A stretch of 64,000 nt of DNA from positions 124,001-188,000 of the IMG/VR virus record IMGVR_UViG_3300021963_000021; one strand, written 5' to 3'. Under the pieces are notes generated by a model that made no database searches, had not been told where the DNA came from, and saw nothing but the letters and a program-made list of their open reading frames with translations. A program made the position numbers and the translations under genes. Below are positions 1 to 11,549 of the stretch, in pieces (the stretch's first letter is position 1; the number at the start of each line of letters is the position of its first letter).

Positions 1-3000
1 CTAGAAACGATTAAATCGTCAGTGGTTGACGGGTATACACCTGTTGGCCTATTCAGTTATGTTTTAGATTACATTAGATCTAATGCTGTTAACACAGAAT
101 CATTATATGATTTCTTTAGTAACTATAATGTTAAGTTGTCTAGTCGCATTGGCGGGTTTGTTGATAAATCACAACAGAAATATCTATTAGACAGCAAGAG
201 TCCGCAGAGTAAAACATCTGGAGTGTTTATTCCTCAAGAAGATTACGAGATATTTTTTAATGTAAGTTCACCATCTTCCGTGGTAACATATTCTGGTGTT
301 ATCATAGAAAAAGTTCCTACAGGATTTAAACTATCAGGGTATGATAAGCTAGATGCTAGTTTTGTATATTATGATTATTTTGCCAGATTAGATGACCCTG
401 CGATATCCGTTGGAGGCGTCAGCGAAAACTACTCTGATTGGACTACTGAAAAATTTTATAGCAAAGGGGCACTTGTAAAATACAATTCTAAATTTTACAG
501 AGTCTCTCAAACACATACTAGTGGTCAAACATTTGACAGTAATCAATTTGTTGAAATTTCTACACTTCCACTTGTAGGCGCTGTTACAGCAGTTAAGAGA
601 ACTTCTTTTGACAAGCAGACTGTGTTAACAACGCCCTATGGAACTGTTATTGAAAATATACAAGGGGTAGTCGATTTCTTGTTAGGCTATCAAGCATACA
701 TGAAAGATCAAGGACTTGTATTTGATGATTATAATACAGATCTACAAGTTTCAAACGATTGGGAAACCAGTTGTAAAGAATTCATGTTCTGGACAACCCA
801 TAACTGGGCCACTGGTGCTATCATATCGTTGAGCCCTGCTGCTCTAAAGATAAAAATAACAGCAGTTGGTAGCGTAGCAGATAACATATTAGATACATTC
901 TACGACTACTCCATATTCAAAGCCGACGGAACAAAGTTATCTCCAGATGAAGTTGATGTATATAGAACCTATAATGAAATTATACTAGCACCTAGTAGTG
1001 TGACTACTGGTATCTATTATGCTAAGATTAGTTTTGTCTTAAAAGAACATGTGGTACTATTCAACGACAGAACTATATTCAATGATGTTATCTATGACAA
1101 AGGTCCTGGTTATAGACAGGAAAGAATTAAAGTTCTAGGTTTTAGAACCAGCGACTGGGACGGTGATTATACAAGTCCGGGATTTATCTATGATGTTGCT
1201 GATATTAATCCTTGGGAAAAATATACTGATTACAGACTAGGCGACATTGTACAATTTAAACAATTTAATTACGTCAGCAAGTATTTCCAGAAAGGTACTG
1301 CTGAGTTTGATAGGGCTGGATGGGAAAAACTTGATTCAGAACCGACGTCTGGTTTAGTAGCAAACTTTGATTATAAAATTAATCAAATTGAAGATTTCTA
1401 CGAAGTTGATTATCAAGGTATCAATAACGAGCAAAAAGTAATGGCTCGACATTCTATTGGTTATCAGAAACGAGAATTTTTACAAGACATGGCAGAAGAT
1501 GAAGTCAGTCAGTTTAGACTTTATCAAGGCTACATCAAAGAAAAAGGCACATACAACGCCATAACTAAGGTGTTTGATAAACTTAGTAGAATCCCCGAAG
1601 ACTCTGTAGAGCTTAAAGAAGAGTGGGCATTCTTGTTAGGAAGCATGGGCGGCACAGAGCAGTATAATGAAATAGAATTTTCTTTGAAACAAAATGCTCT
1701 TAAATTAAATCCTCAACCAGTGCTTTTAAATGAAAGAAACACATCAAAATCTGAATATCAAAATTATATTATTGTAAAGCAGAACGATTATACTGTAGGC
1801 AATAACTCTTATAAATTCCCAGTCAAGGATTATCCTGTAGGCAATTGGACTGCTGGATATGTTTACGCAGATGATGTTGATTATGTAGTTTCTTCATTCG
1901 CAGACATTTATCTACAAGATGTGACCACCTATAAAAACGGTCAAACAACTTGGGTGACATTTACAGATACTGGGTGGAATGTTTTAAGATATAGAATCAG
2001 TAATGTAATAGTGGGAGCCGTTGCGGTTGTTGATACAACAACAGTTGTATTAGAAACTAACAGAGTACATGGAATTGAAGTTGGCACAGTTATTGGTCTA
2101 ACAAATATAAAAAATCTAACAGGATTTTATTATGTTAAAGCAGTGTCGCCGACAAAAATAATTATAGCCATTGATGGATACAAAGAAGAACCAGAAATCG
2201 ATGAAAGCTCTTTCTGCTACGTGGGATATTTTATTCCTGCTAGAGTACCAAATTCTAATCCATTAATCAGCGACGAATACGCTTCGTTGCCATTGGGCAC
2301 ACGCCTATGGTTGGATTCAGACGAAAACAATCGTTGGAATGTTATAGAAAGACAGAAGCAGTATAAGGTAACAGAAATTTCCGAATACGGTGTTTCGTTC
2401 CCAACAGGAACTGGTGCTGCGGTAGAGTATCTAGAAAAACGAAATGTAACTATTGTTTCAAACCCAGGTAGTTCAGTAACATCTGGAGATGCTACTAGAG
2501 AAGCTGCGGTGATTGTTTATTCACAGGGATCTGCTGGATTAACACCGTTACAGATATTAAATCCTCAAAGTGGATTACAAGACACATTCCTAGGAACATA
2601 TGGTGATATTCTAAAATCCAGTAAAGATGGCCGCTGGCTGTTGATTGGTTCACCAAATGTATCTTATGTTCCTTCTAACTTTAGAGAGTCCTATGATCCT
2701 CAGGCAAATTACAATCAAGGCGATACAGTAATATATGCTGGAAAACTTTGGACAGCAAAACGTCCTATATACAGTGACGGAAGTACTGCGGTATTTGATT
2801 ATGATGATTGGGAATTAGCAACAATACATGAAGCAAATCCTTTAGGAAAGAATATCTATGATATAAATCAAGGATATAGACAACAAGGATCAGTTGACGT
2901 ATACGAGTACGATCAGGGGCAATATGTATTTAGAAATAGTTTGATTAGTCCACGTCCGGGTCGAGGTGAACAGTTTGGTTCGTCAATTGCCATCGGTAAG

Positions 3001-6000
3001 AGAGAAGGAATCGAAGGCACCAGTGGTGACCTAGTGCTAACAGTCAACAGTATAGATAGTCTAGGCGGTATTGCTGAAGTTTCAGTAGAAGGCACCAGCG
3101 GTCTAGCAGATGCTGTATTCAGCAATATCAGCGGTATTGATGTTAGTTCTCCGGGCGAAAATGCTTCCTTTGACGTTTTTAGATTTGGTAACAATTATAC
3201 AGTTACAGTTCGTAATGGTGGTACAAGATATACAGTAGGCGACAGAATAAAAATTATCGGCAGCAGAGTAGGAGGAGTTACACCTTTTAATGATCTCTTA
3301 GTGGATGTTATTGCTGTAAATTCTCAGGGAGAAATTTTAGGTTCTGAAACATATACTAACCTATCTGGTATTAATTCAGTATTGCCGACAGTGGCAGCAG
3401 TGTTTAATATCAGCAAGGTAAGAAACGTCTATTCTGTAGAAGCAATAAACAACGGCCTCGGTTACATTCCGAGAAGTGTAGTAAGATATGCTTCAAAATT
3501 ATATGCCTGTATCAAAGACACAGGAATCGACAGAGGAGTCTACGCTGTCGAAAGTACATACACTCCTGGAGACATTGTCAAGTATCCAGCTAATTCCAGT
3601 GCTTATTATAAGTGTATTCGTTATCTAGTTGATAGTGAAGATCCAGAACTACGTGTAGGCATTACTGGAATTCAAACATCTGATACCTATTACTGGGAAC
3701 CAGCAGCAACTATATTCCCAACAAACACAGAATATTGGGAATTGGTTTCAGGCGGCGCATTTCCGCTTATAGCAACTAACTGGCAAGACAAAGACAATAG
3801 AGGTAATTTAATACACTATGTTGCTGGATCAACTATATTTGTTTCGGGAGATCAGCTAGGCGGTGTGTCACCTGACAATGACTTGATCATAAGAGTTAAC
3901 CAAATAGAAAATGGGGCAATAGCTGATTTTTCTTTCAAGGGAACAGCGTCAACTGGTATTATATGGACAGGAAGCGCAGCTTCGGGTGAAGCTACCTACA
4001 ACGACCTAGTTGGTGAAGACGTCAGTGCGCCTGGATCGGGAGCTATCTTTAACATAGCAAGAACTAACGGGATTTATTCTGCTATAGTTAATGTCAGTGG
4101 CACAAGATATACAGTAGGCGATCAGATAAAAATTCTAGGAACTTCGTTGGGTGGAGTTAAAGAAGCCTATTACATGATTATTGGAGCTCCAGGTTCTAGA
4201 GACGATCAAGGTAGAGCATACCTTTACATCTATGAAGGGTTTAAGTGGAAACATTTAGAAGACCTAACATTCCAGGGAGTCTTTAACCCGGCTAACAATT
4301 ACAATGAAAGTGACACTGTTTGGTATGATACTTCATACTGGAAAGCTACATCGGCCTGGGCCGGTGACGGATCAACTGTTCCTACAGCACCGGCATGGGA
4401 ACAAATAGTTTCGTTGAATACAGGAATACTGCCAAAAGCAGCAGCATTTACTGATGATGGCTCTACAATACAGTCTGGACTTGTTGCCGACGGCATAGAG
4501 TTTTTAAACATCGGTGATAGATATGCTCAAAGCATGGACACCAATCAAACAGCAACTGTGCTAGTAGTTGGTGCTCCACAGGCAGACGCTTCGGAGTTTG
4601 AAGACTATGCCGGTGTATGGAAATCATATCAAACCTATTACACAGGGCAGACAGTTAGAAGAAATACTTCTTATTACACCTGTTTAGTTGACGGTTCGAT
4701 CAGTGATATACCAGAATCCGAACCAGCTATCTGGGAACTAGAAACCGGAGTAAACCAGTCTAGGACTGGAGAAGTTTTTGTATACCAGAAAGATGATCAA
4801 GATGTATACCATCTATTACAAACGCTTTCTTCTAGCACAGTGTCTCAGATATCAGCAAATGAATCTGGCGATCAGTTTGGCCATAAAGTCCTATTGTCAA
4901 CAGACGGTACTACATTATACGTATCTGCTCCAAATGTTGATATGCTTGGTGCTGACCAAGGCGCAGTTTATGTGTTTAAATTTGATAACAATCAGTTTGT
5001 ATTTGATCAAAAAATACAAAGCGTTGTACAAGATGCCGGCGAACGTTTTGGTTCGACACTATCTGTATCACCAGATGGCTCAACATTGGCCATTGGTGCT
5101 GAAGGTGCTGAAACTTTCTCTAATACTACATTTGATGCTGGTAGTACAGCATTTGATAGATTCGTTACTAGATTTAAAGATCCTGAAGGAAAAACAGGAA
5201 AAGTATATGTTTACAATCAATATATAGGAAAATATATACTGGCTGAAATTTTTGAAGACGGTCTAACAACTAACGAAGACTTTGGTCGATCTATATCAGT
5301 ATCAAATAATTCGATCATTGTTGGTTCTCCAAATTATCTTTCAGATGATCCAGCGTTTGATCAAATTAGAATTGGTCGTATACAAAAATTCACCAAGGCT
5401 GAGGGCGTAAAATCTTGGGCAGTGATAAGAGAACAATCATCTGGCGTTGATGTTTCTAAGATAAAAAATCTGTCATTCTACAATGGTTTGACAAATATAA
5501 AAATAGCAGATGTAGATGTAGTTGATCCGTTCAACGGAAAAATATTATCTATAGTTGAGCAAGACATTGATTACAAAACATCTTATGATCCGGCAGTTTA
5601 TTCTGTAGGCACAGATACTGATACTGTGGACGAGAAACAACCTTGGTTGTCTAATATGGTAGGTGCTATATGGTGGGATACTTCAACAACTAAATGGACT
5701 GTGTATAATCAAAATGATACATCGTTTAGATTAGGCAATTGGTCTAAACTAGCGTATGGAAGCTCTGTTGATGTCTACGAGTGGGTAGAGTCTGAATATT
5801 CGCCTAGTGAATGGGCCGACCTAACAGGAACAGCAGAAGCGTTTAATGTTGGAATATCAGGAACACCTTTAGAAAATGCTCCTTATTCTAAGAAAGACTT
5901 TGTAGATACAATAACAGGAGTGGTCAATAAGACTTATTATTACTACTGGGTTAAAGACAAATCTACATTGCCGACAAACAGTAAGAAAACTAATCCAGCT

Positions 6001-9000
6001 TCTGTAATTGCTGATTATATTGAAAATCCTACGCTGTCTGGATTGCCTTTTGCTGCGTTATTAGAGAACGATAAGATGGCATTGTATAATGCTTCTTACG
6101 TAGTTGATTCGGACGATTTCTTAGTCAATATTCAGTTTTTCAATAATGACAAACAGCAAAATCTAATCCATAACGAATATCAACTATTGGCAGAAGGATC
6201 AATAGAAGGTCCAAATCAAGAGTTAGAAAACAAATGGATTGACAGTTTAGTTGGTCAGGATATATTAGGTAACGAAGTACCTGATAGAAAACTAACAGAA
6301 AAATCAAAATATGGAATCGCAGCAAGACCTGTTCAAACTATGTTTGTTAATAAAAATGCTGCGGTAAAAATTACCATCGATTATATTAATGATGTATTGT
6401 TGACATATCCGTTGGCTGACAATATTTCATACGATAATTTAAACAGCATAAGTCAACCTCCGTCTAAGAATAAGAATCTATATGATCTTGTCTATGACAC
6501 CTATGAAGAAATTGCTCTGTTAAATGTTATTAAAATAAAAACAGCAACATTGAAAGCAAATATTATTAATGGACACATTAATACTGTCGATGTTGTTGAT
6601 GCTGGCTACGGATATAAAGTTCCTCCGACAGTGAAAATAATGGGCACAGGAGAAGGCGCAGTTCTTGAAACAGTAATAGATACATTTGGTAGAATTACCA
6701 AGGTCAATGTTTTACGTGCTGGCAAAAAATACACAGAGGCTAGAATTCAAGTTCGACCATTCAGTATCCTTGTAAATTCAGATTCTACAGTTAACGGGTT
6801 CTGGAGTATATGGAGTATCAATGATAGAAACAAAGAGTTCTATAGATCTGCTACGCAGACACACGATACTACCAAGTTCTGGGACAAGGTCGATTGGTGG
6901 GCAGCAGGATTCAACGAAAAATCTAGAATAAAATACAACCTTCCTGGATTGTATGCTGAGCCTGAAGTTGACCTCAACGTTGGTGAACTATTGCGTTTAG
7001 AAGACTACGGTTCGGGCGGCTGGGCAGTTATTGAACGAACAAACACAAATCCAACACTGTTAGGAAAATATAGATTAGTTGGTAGAGAGCTAGGAACAAT
7101 TCAGATATCTGAAAAGTTTTATAACAAAACAGCATCATCTTATGGTTATGATTTAACTCAGAGCTTTGACAGTGATAAGTTTGATACTTCATCTGCTATT
7201 GAATTTAGAAATATATTGAAAGCAGTAAAAGAAGATATCTTTATTAATGAGCTAGACACTGAGTGGAACAAATTGTTCTTTGCGAACATACATTATGTGT
7301 TTTCAGAACAGCTATATGTAAGCTGGGCTTTTAAAACTAGCTTTATGAATGCTGTACACAATGTTGGATACCTTGAAGAAAAATTAAATTATAAGAGCGA
7401 TAATTTATCTAGCTTCCAACAATACATCAATGAAGTTAAGCCTTATAGAACTAAGATTAGAAAATACACAAGTAGATATCTAGGGCTCGACAGGTCAGGT
7501 CTATTAACATCTGACTTTGATTTACCGCCAGCATATGATATTGACACAAATACAATTAATCCTGTAAAACTAGGAGATAGTTTAGTTGATCAGTATCCTT
7601 GGAAAAATTGGTTTGAAAATTACAAATATACCATAGTAGAAATAAAGATATTAGACAACGGTTCTACTTATAGAACTGTACCTCAAGTAATATTTGAGGG
7701 TGGCGGCGGCAGTGGTGCTAAAGCCAAGGCTTTTATCTCTAACGGCAAAGTTACTAATATTAAATTAATATCCGGAGGCTACGGTTATACAACAGCACCT
7801 AAAGTAAAAATAGTAGGTGGTGTAGGTAGCAATGAAGAAAATTCTGCTAAAGCTATCGCTGTGATTGGTAATTCAAAAGCAAGAACTTTCGATATGACTG
7901 TGAAGTTTGATCGTTACTCTAAACAAGGAAAATTCACAGCCTCTAGTAAGAATGAAAAATTTATAGAAACAGAAACCTTCCTAGAAGGTAAGAGCACTTA
8001 CGATTTAAAATACCCACCGACTACAGATAAGTCAAAAATATCTGTTACAGTTAATGGTAAGAAACTTTTAAGAAACGATTATGTAATAACATTGTTTACA
8101 AAAGAAGTTGACGGGTATACACAATTGAAAGGTCGACTAATACTGCCTGCTGTCGCAGTTGGAGCGGTGTTGGTAACGTATGAAAAGAACGATCAGATAT
8201 TAGATGCTCTAAACAGATTAGACAAATACTACAAGCCTTCTTCGGGTATGCTTGGATTCGAAAAGACCGAAATAACTGATGATAATGGAAATGTAATATC
8301 AGTTAAGAGTGATTACTCTCAACTAATGACAGGTATTGACTTTGGCGGAGTCATAGTACAAGGTGCTACATTTGATGTGGGCGCAGGTTGGGATGCTCTT
8401 CCATGGTTTACAGAAGGTTGGGACAGCTCGGAAACATTAGACTCTGATTTTTATATTGCTGCTGACGACAGCACACATTCATTTAATCTTCCAGAGATAT
8501 TAAAAGAAGGTACAGAGTTAAATGTCTACCAGAAGAAAAAATCTACAGGAAAAACAACAAGATTAGATCCTGACCAAATGCCAACATATGTTGCTGACGG
8601 ATCAACGTCTACAGTTATTATTCCTGACGAGATATTAGTTGAGAACGGAGATATATTCATATTCCGTAAGCCTTCAAGTGACGGCAGTTTAGTAATTGGT
8701 GGAAGAAATCTTCTTGATGCTAATGTGTCTGGTGGCAGTTTGTCTGGCATGACTCCTTATGCTACTGCGTTAGGAACAACAGCATCTGAAATAGTTATCG
8801 ATGGCGATAAGTTTGTCAGCCCAGATCAAGTTCCTGCTCCCGAGGAACAAGTTCCTGGTCAAGTTTTAGAAGCAGTGAGTATCAAGGTATTCCATACAAA
8901 CAGAACAGGCTCTCCTGCGGTACTGTCAAATGTTTATATCGCTGACGGAACAACAAATCTATTTGATATTGGTCAAACTGTCATTGAACAAAACTCTGTG

Positions 9001-10875
9001 TTAGTAACAGTTGATAAGACTCCTAAAACATTAAGCATGGACTATGTTATCGATACTGTATTGAATAAAGTTAGATTTATTGGAACAGCACCAGTGCCTG
9101 GCGCAGTTGTTGAAATATTCTCTATATCAGTAGGCGGTGTTGATATTCTTGATGTTAAAGAATTTGTAGGAGACGGCAACACACGATACTTCTTAACTGG
9201 TGCTGCCTATGCTGAAACAGGATCGATATTCGCAAGTATAAACGGATCTGCGGTTGAAGCGGGATGGGTTAACAGTAATGGTAGAGTCAATGAAATTGAC
9301 AAAACATTGATCGAATTTGGTGCTCCGCCTGCGGTTGGTAGAAAAGTTATTGTTATAGTATTATCATCAGATATTGCTTCAACACAGCCTCTAGTAAGAC
9401 TAAGACAAGAAACATTTACATTAGACGGATCTACAAGATCTTATCCTATACAATCTTTCATTAGTTATGAAGCTACCGCTACTGGATCGGTTCTAGTAGA
9501 TATAAACAATACTGCGTTAACATCAGTTGACACAGTGTATGTTGTCTATAATGCTGTAAATGAAATAGCAATAGGTTTAGATCCATTTAGAGATTATGGT
9601 TCTATTGTTGAATCTGACATTCGAATATACTTTAATAACGTGTTAAAAACTTTTGGTCTTGACTATGTCTTTAGTGGCGACATCAACGTGGTGACTATTA
9701 TTCCTGAACCGTCAGGTATAACACATGGTGACATAATAAGAATTGAAGATTATTCTAGTCCTAAGTTTACTATACAGGGAACAAACATAGTTCTTGATCC
9801 TGCTGTAACAATCGCCGACGGCGATGTTATGACAGTATCTTGGGCAGAACAATATCCTCAGTCTGATATACTAAAAGATATCTATACAGGCGGACGTGTA
9901 AGCTACGCTTTACAACGAACCGCTACTGCTTTATCTTACGTAAGAGTTTACAAAAATGGTGTTAGATTAACTCCGGATTTTGAATACTATCTTGGTAATG
10001 CCAACACTTCTGTGTATTTGAAAGACGCAACTAGCGAAACTGATGTAATAGAAATATTCACATATTCTAACACTGTGTGGAAACCGCCTGTGTCTTGGGA
10101 AATTTTCAAAGATGTGCTAAATCAAAATCATTATTCAAGATTTGTGATTGGTAATTCTTACTTGACTAAAGTACTGAACTATTATGACACTGAAATTGAA
10201 CTAACTGATGCTAGCCAATTTGCTACACCAGAATTTGACAAGCCGGGAATAGTTACTATAAACAACGAAAAGATTCAATACTTTGAAAAAGATGGCAACA
10301 TCCTAAAACAAATCAAACGAGGAGTTTTTGGAACAAGTATAGGTGCTTCCTACGCAGCGGGAACCGCTGTTGTAAACACAGGATTTACTGAAACTGTGCC
10401 GTACAAGGAAACACAAGAAAAAGAAGATTTCGTCAGCGATGGTATTTCGGATGATTCTACAATCGGAACTGCTAAAACTATTGGACCATTAAATTTTGTT
10501 CCAGTAAAATCTAGTGATACTGATTGGTATAGAGATACGATTCCTGTTACACACGGGCCCTGCGATCAAATAGAGGTATTTGTTGCTGGACGTAGACTAC
10601 GTAAAAACCCAACTTATTTGTATAATTCTGCGGTGGGATCGGACAGTCCTCAAGGAGATGTACAAGTTGAAGCTGAATTTAGCGTTGACGGTGCTACTGG
10701 ATATGTAAGATTAACAGAAACTCCGCCGGCTGGACAACGTGTTACAGTTATACGCAGAGTTGGCAGCATCTGGTATAGTCCAGGGCCAGAAACTGCTACA
10801 AACGGTAAAGGATTGACACAGAGCACATCGCCGGTGGCTAAATTCCTACAACAGAGCACAACAAATTTACCATAA
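1..10875 (+). CDS. Giant virion structural protein (baseplate wedge/gp7-like), 5'-truncated by the window edge
   Basis: Frame is open from base 1 (LETIKSSV...), so the true start is upstream. Contains FG-GAP-like propeller repeats (GEQFGSSIAIG, GDQFGHKVLLS, GERFGSTLSVS, EDFGRSISVS), W..Y..GD.V.Y CBM5/12-like modules and GxGY..xP.V.I.GG baseplate-type repeats. Followed by tail-fibre genes. Confidence 0.7.
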   Translation, partial: LETIKSSVVDGYTPVGLFSYVLDYIRSNAVNTESLYDFFSNYNVKLSSRIGGFVDKSQQKYLLDSKSPQSKTSGVFIPQEDYEIFFNVSSPSSVVTYSGVIIEKVPTGFKLSGYDKLDASFVYYDYFARLDDPAISVGGVSENYSDWTTEKFYSKGALVKYNSKFYRVSQTHTSGQTFDSNQFVEISTLPLVGAVTAVKRTSFDKQTVLTTPYGTVIENIQGVVDFLLGYQAYMKDQGLVFDDYNTDLQVSNDWETSCKEFMFWTTHNWATGAIISLSPAALKIKITAVGSVADNILDTFYDYSIFKADGTKLSPDEVDVYRTYNEIILAPSSVTTGIYYAKISFVLKEHVVLFNDRTIFNDVIYDKGPGYRQERIKVLGFRTSDWDGDYTSPGFIYDVADINPWEKYTDYRLGDIVQFKQFNYVSKYFQKGTAEFDRAGWEKLDSEPTSGLVANFDYKINQIEDFYEVDYQGINNEQKVMARHSIGYQKREFLQDMAEDEVSQFRLYQGYIKEKGTYNAITKVFDKLSRIPEDSVELKEEWAFLLGSMGGTEQYNEIEFSLKQNALKLNPQPVLLNERNTSKSEYQNYIIVKQNDYTVGNNSYKFPVKDYPVGNWTAGYVYADDVDYVVSSFADIYLQDVTTYKNGQTTWVTFTDTGWNVLRYRISNVIVGAVAVVDTTTVVLETNRVHGIEVGTVIGLTNIKNLTGFYYVKAVSPTKIIIAIDGYKEEPEIDESSFCYVGYFIPARVPNSNPLISDEYASLPLGTRLWLDSDENNRWNVIERQKQYKVTEISEYGVSFPTGTGAAVEYLEKRNVTIVSNPGSSVTSGDATREAAVIVYSQGSAGLTPLQILNPQSGLQDTFLGTYGDILKSSKDGRWLLIGSPNVSYVPSNFRESYDPQANYNQGDTVIYAGKLWTAKRPIYSDGSTAVFDYDDWELATIHEANPLGKNIYDINQGYRQQGSVDVYEYDQGQYVFRNSLISPRPGRGEQFGSSIAIGKREGIEGTSGDLVLTVNSIDSLGGIAEVSVEGTSGLADAVFSNISGIDVSSPGENASFDVFRFGNNYTVTVRNGGTRYTVGDRIKIIGSRVGGVTPFNDLLVDVIAVNSQGEILGSETYTNLSGINSVLPTVAAVFNISKVRNVYSVEAINNGLGYIPRSVVRYASKLYACIKDTGIDRGVYAVESTYTPGDIVKYPANSSAYYKCIRYLVDSEDPELRVGITGIQTSDTYYWEPAATIFPTNTEYWELVSGGAFPLIATNWQDKDNRGNLIHYVAGSTIFVSGDQLGGVSPDNDLIIRVNQIENGAIADFSFKGTASTGIIWTGSAASGEATYNDLVGEDVSAPGSGAIFNIARTNGIYSAIVNVSGTRYTVGDQIKILGTSLGGVKEAYYMIIGAPGSRDDQGRAYLYIYEGFKWKHLEDLTFQGVFNPANNYNESDTVWYDTSYWKATSAWAGDGSTVPTAPAWEQIVSLNTGILPKAAAFTDDGSTIQSGLVADGIEFLNIGDRYAQSMDTNQTATVLVVGAPQADASEFEDYAGVWKSYQTYYTGQTVRRNTSYYTCLVDGSISDIPESEPAIWELETGVNQSRTGEVFVYQKDDQDVYHLLQTLSSSTVSQISANESGDQFGHKVLLSTDGTTLYVSAPNVDMLGADQGAVYVFKFDNNQFVFDQKIQSVVQDAGERFGSTLSVSPDGSTLAIGAEGAETFSNTTFDAGSTAFDRFVTRFKDPEGKTGKVYVYNQYIGKYILAEIFEDGLTTNEDFGRSISVSNNSIIVGSPNYLSDDPAFDQIRIGRIQKFTKAEGVKSWAVIREQSSGVDVSKIKNLSFYNGLTNIKIADVDVVDPFNGKILSIVEQDIDYKTSYDPAVYSVGTDTDTVDEKQPWLSNMVGAIWWDTSTTKWTVYNQNDTSFRLGNWSKLAYGSSVDVYEWVESEYSPSEWADLTGTAEAFNVGISGTPLENAPYSKKDFVDTITGVVNKTYYYYWVKDKSTLPTNSKKTNPASVIADYIENPTLSGLPFAALLENDKMALYNASYVVDSDDFLVNIQFFNNDKQQNLIHNEYQLLAEGSIEGPNQELENKWIDSLVGQDILGNEVPDRKLTEKSKYGIAARPVQTMFVNKNAAVKITIDYINDVLLTYPLADNISYDNLNSISQPPSKNKNLYDLVYDTYEEIALLNVIKIKTATLKANIINGHINTVDVVDAGYGYKVPPTVKIMGTGEGAVLETVIDTFGRITKVNVLRAGKKYTEARIQVRPFSILVNSDSTVNGFWSIWSINDRNKEFYRSATQTHDTTKFWDKVDWWAAGFNEKSRIKYNLPGLYAEPEVDLNVGELLRLEDYGSGGWAVIERTNTNPTLLGKYRLVGRELGTIQISEKFYNKTASSYGYDLTQSFDSDKFDTSSAIEFRNILKAVKEDIFINELDTEWNKLFFANIHYVFSEQLYVSWAFKTSFMNAVHNVGYLEEKLNYKSDNLSSFQQYINEVKPYRTKIRKYTSRYLGLDRSGLLTSDFDLPPAYDIDTNTINPVKLGDSLVDQYPWKNWFENYKYTIVEIKILDNGSTYRTVPQVIFEGGGGSGAKAKAFISNGKVTNIKLISGGYGYTTAPKVKIVGGVGSNEENSAKAIAVIGNSKARTFDMTVKFDRYSKQGKFTASSKNEKFIETETFLEGKSTYDLKYPPTTDKSKISVTVNGKKLLRNDYVITLFTKEVDGYTQLKGRLILPAVAVGAVLVTYEKNDQILDALNRLDKYYKPSSGMLGFEKTEITDDNGNVISVKSDYSQLMTGIDFGGVIVQGATFDVGAGWDALPWFTEGWDSSETLDSDFYIAADDSTHSFNLPEILKEGTELNVYQKKKSTGKTTRLDPDQMPTYVADGSTSTVIIPDEILVENGDIFIFRKPSSDGSLVIGGRNLLDANVSGGSLSGMTPYATALGTTASEIVIDGDKFVSPDQVPAPEEQVPGQVLEAVSIKVFHTNRTGSPAVLSNVYIADGTTNLFDIGQTVIEQNSVLVTVDKTPKTLSMDYVIDTVLNKVRFIGTAPVPGAVVEIFSISVGGVDILDVKEFVGDGNTRYFLTGAAYAETGSIFASINGSAVEAGWVNSNGRVNEIDKTLIEFGAPPAVGRKVIVIVLSSDIASTQPLVRLRQETFTLDGSTRSYPIQSFISYEATATGSVLVDINNTALTSVDTVYVVYNAVNEIAIGLDPFRDYGSIVESDIRIYFNNVLKTFGLDYVFSGDINVVTIIPEPSGITHGDIIRIEDYSSPKFTIQGTNIVLDPAVTIADGDVMTVSWAEQYPQSDILKDIYTGGRVSYALQRTATALSYVRVYKNGVRLTPDFEYYLGNANTSVYLKDATSETDVIEIFTYSNTVWKPPVSWEIFKDVLNQNHYSRFVIGNSYLTKVLNYYDTEIELTDASQFATPEFDKPGIVTINNEKIQYFEKDGNILKQIKRGVFGTSIGASYAAGTAVVNTGFTETVPYKETQEKEDFVSDGISDDSTIGTAKTIGPLNFVPVKSSDTDWYRDTIPVTHGPCDQIEVFVAGRRLRKNPTYLYNSAVGSDSPQGDVQVEAEFSVDGATGYVRLTETPPAGQRVTVIRRVGSIWYSPGPETATNGKGLTQSTSPVAKFLQQSTTNLP
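3223..4121 (+). repeat. Intragenic 20-bp direct repeat ACAAGATATACAGTAGGCGA (3223-3242, 4102-4121)
   Basis: Exact DNA match inside a duplicated module (GTRYTVGDRIKIIG / GTRYTVGDQIKILG). Confidence 0.85.
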
Positions 10876-10881
10876 TAAATA
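10876..10881 (+). promoter_or_regulatory. T4-like late promoter core TAAATA
   Basis: TAAATA 6 nt before ATG 10888. The same hexamer recurs in many intergenic gaps. Confidence 0.6.
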
Positions 10882-10887
10882 CATGAT

Positions 10888-11547
10888 ATGAGACAAGAAG
10901 AGCCAAACACTATGCTAGAAAATAACCAAGTAAATCAACAGTCACCGCAAAAGCCTAATGAGCAAGGTGGCTTCCACGTCGAAGGACACATCAAGATTTT
11001 TGATCCTGAAACCAACGAAATTTACATCGATAAACGTAATGCTATACATTATGAAAATATGAGCGTGGCCATGGCGCAGGCCCTGTCAAATCAAGGATCA
11101 GGATGGATATCATCTATGGTATTTGGTAACGGGGGAACAGTGGTAGATCCAACAGGATTAATTACCTACCTAACACCAAATACAAATGGTATTAATTCTA
11201 GTCTTTATAATCAAACATTTTCTAAGGTAGTAGATCAAAATTCAGCTACCAACGCAGATCCTGTAAGAAACAAGATGGAAGTACGTCACGTTACAGGCGC
11301 AACTTACAGCGATATTGTAGTTTCTTGCTTACTAGATTATGGTGAGCCGAGCGGCCAAGAGGCGTTTGATAATTCTGTAGATATGAACGGCGACTATGTG
11401 TTTGACGAATTAGGGCTTAAATCATCGGGCACAGACAAATTACTAACACACGTAGTTTTCCACCCTGTACAAAAGTCATTAAACAGACTTATACAGATTG
11501 ATTACACAATTAGAATACAAAGCCTAACTGGTTTCACTGAGGTATAA
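10888..11547 (+). CDS. Putative virion structural protein (tail/baseplate region)
   Basis: 219-aa beta-rich ORF between the baseplate giant and the fibre genes. Confidence 0.55.
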   Translation: MRQEEPNTMLENNQVNQQSPQKPNEQGGFHVEGHIKIFDPETNEIYIDKRNAIHYENMSVAMAQALSNQGSGWISSMVFGNGGTVVDPTGLITYLTPNTNGINSSLYNQTFSKVVDQNSATNADPVRNKMEVRHVTGATYSDIVVSCLLDYGEPSGQEAFDNSVDMNGDYVFDELGLKSSGTDKLLTHVVFHPVQKSLNRLIQIDYTIRIQSLTGFTEV

Positions 11548-11549
11548 CA

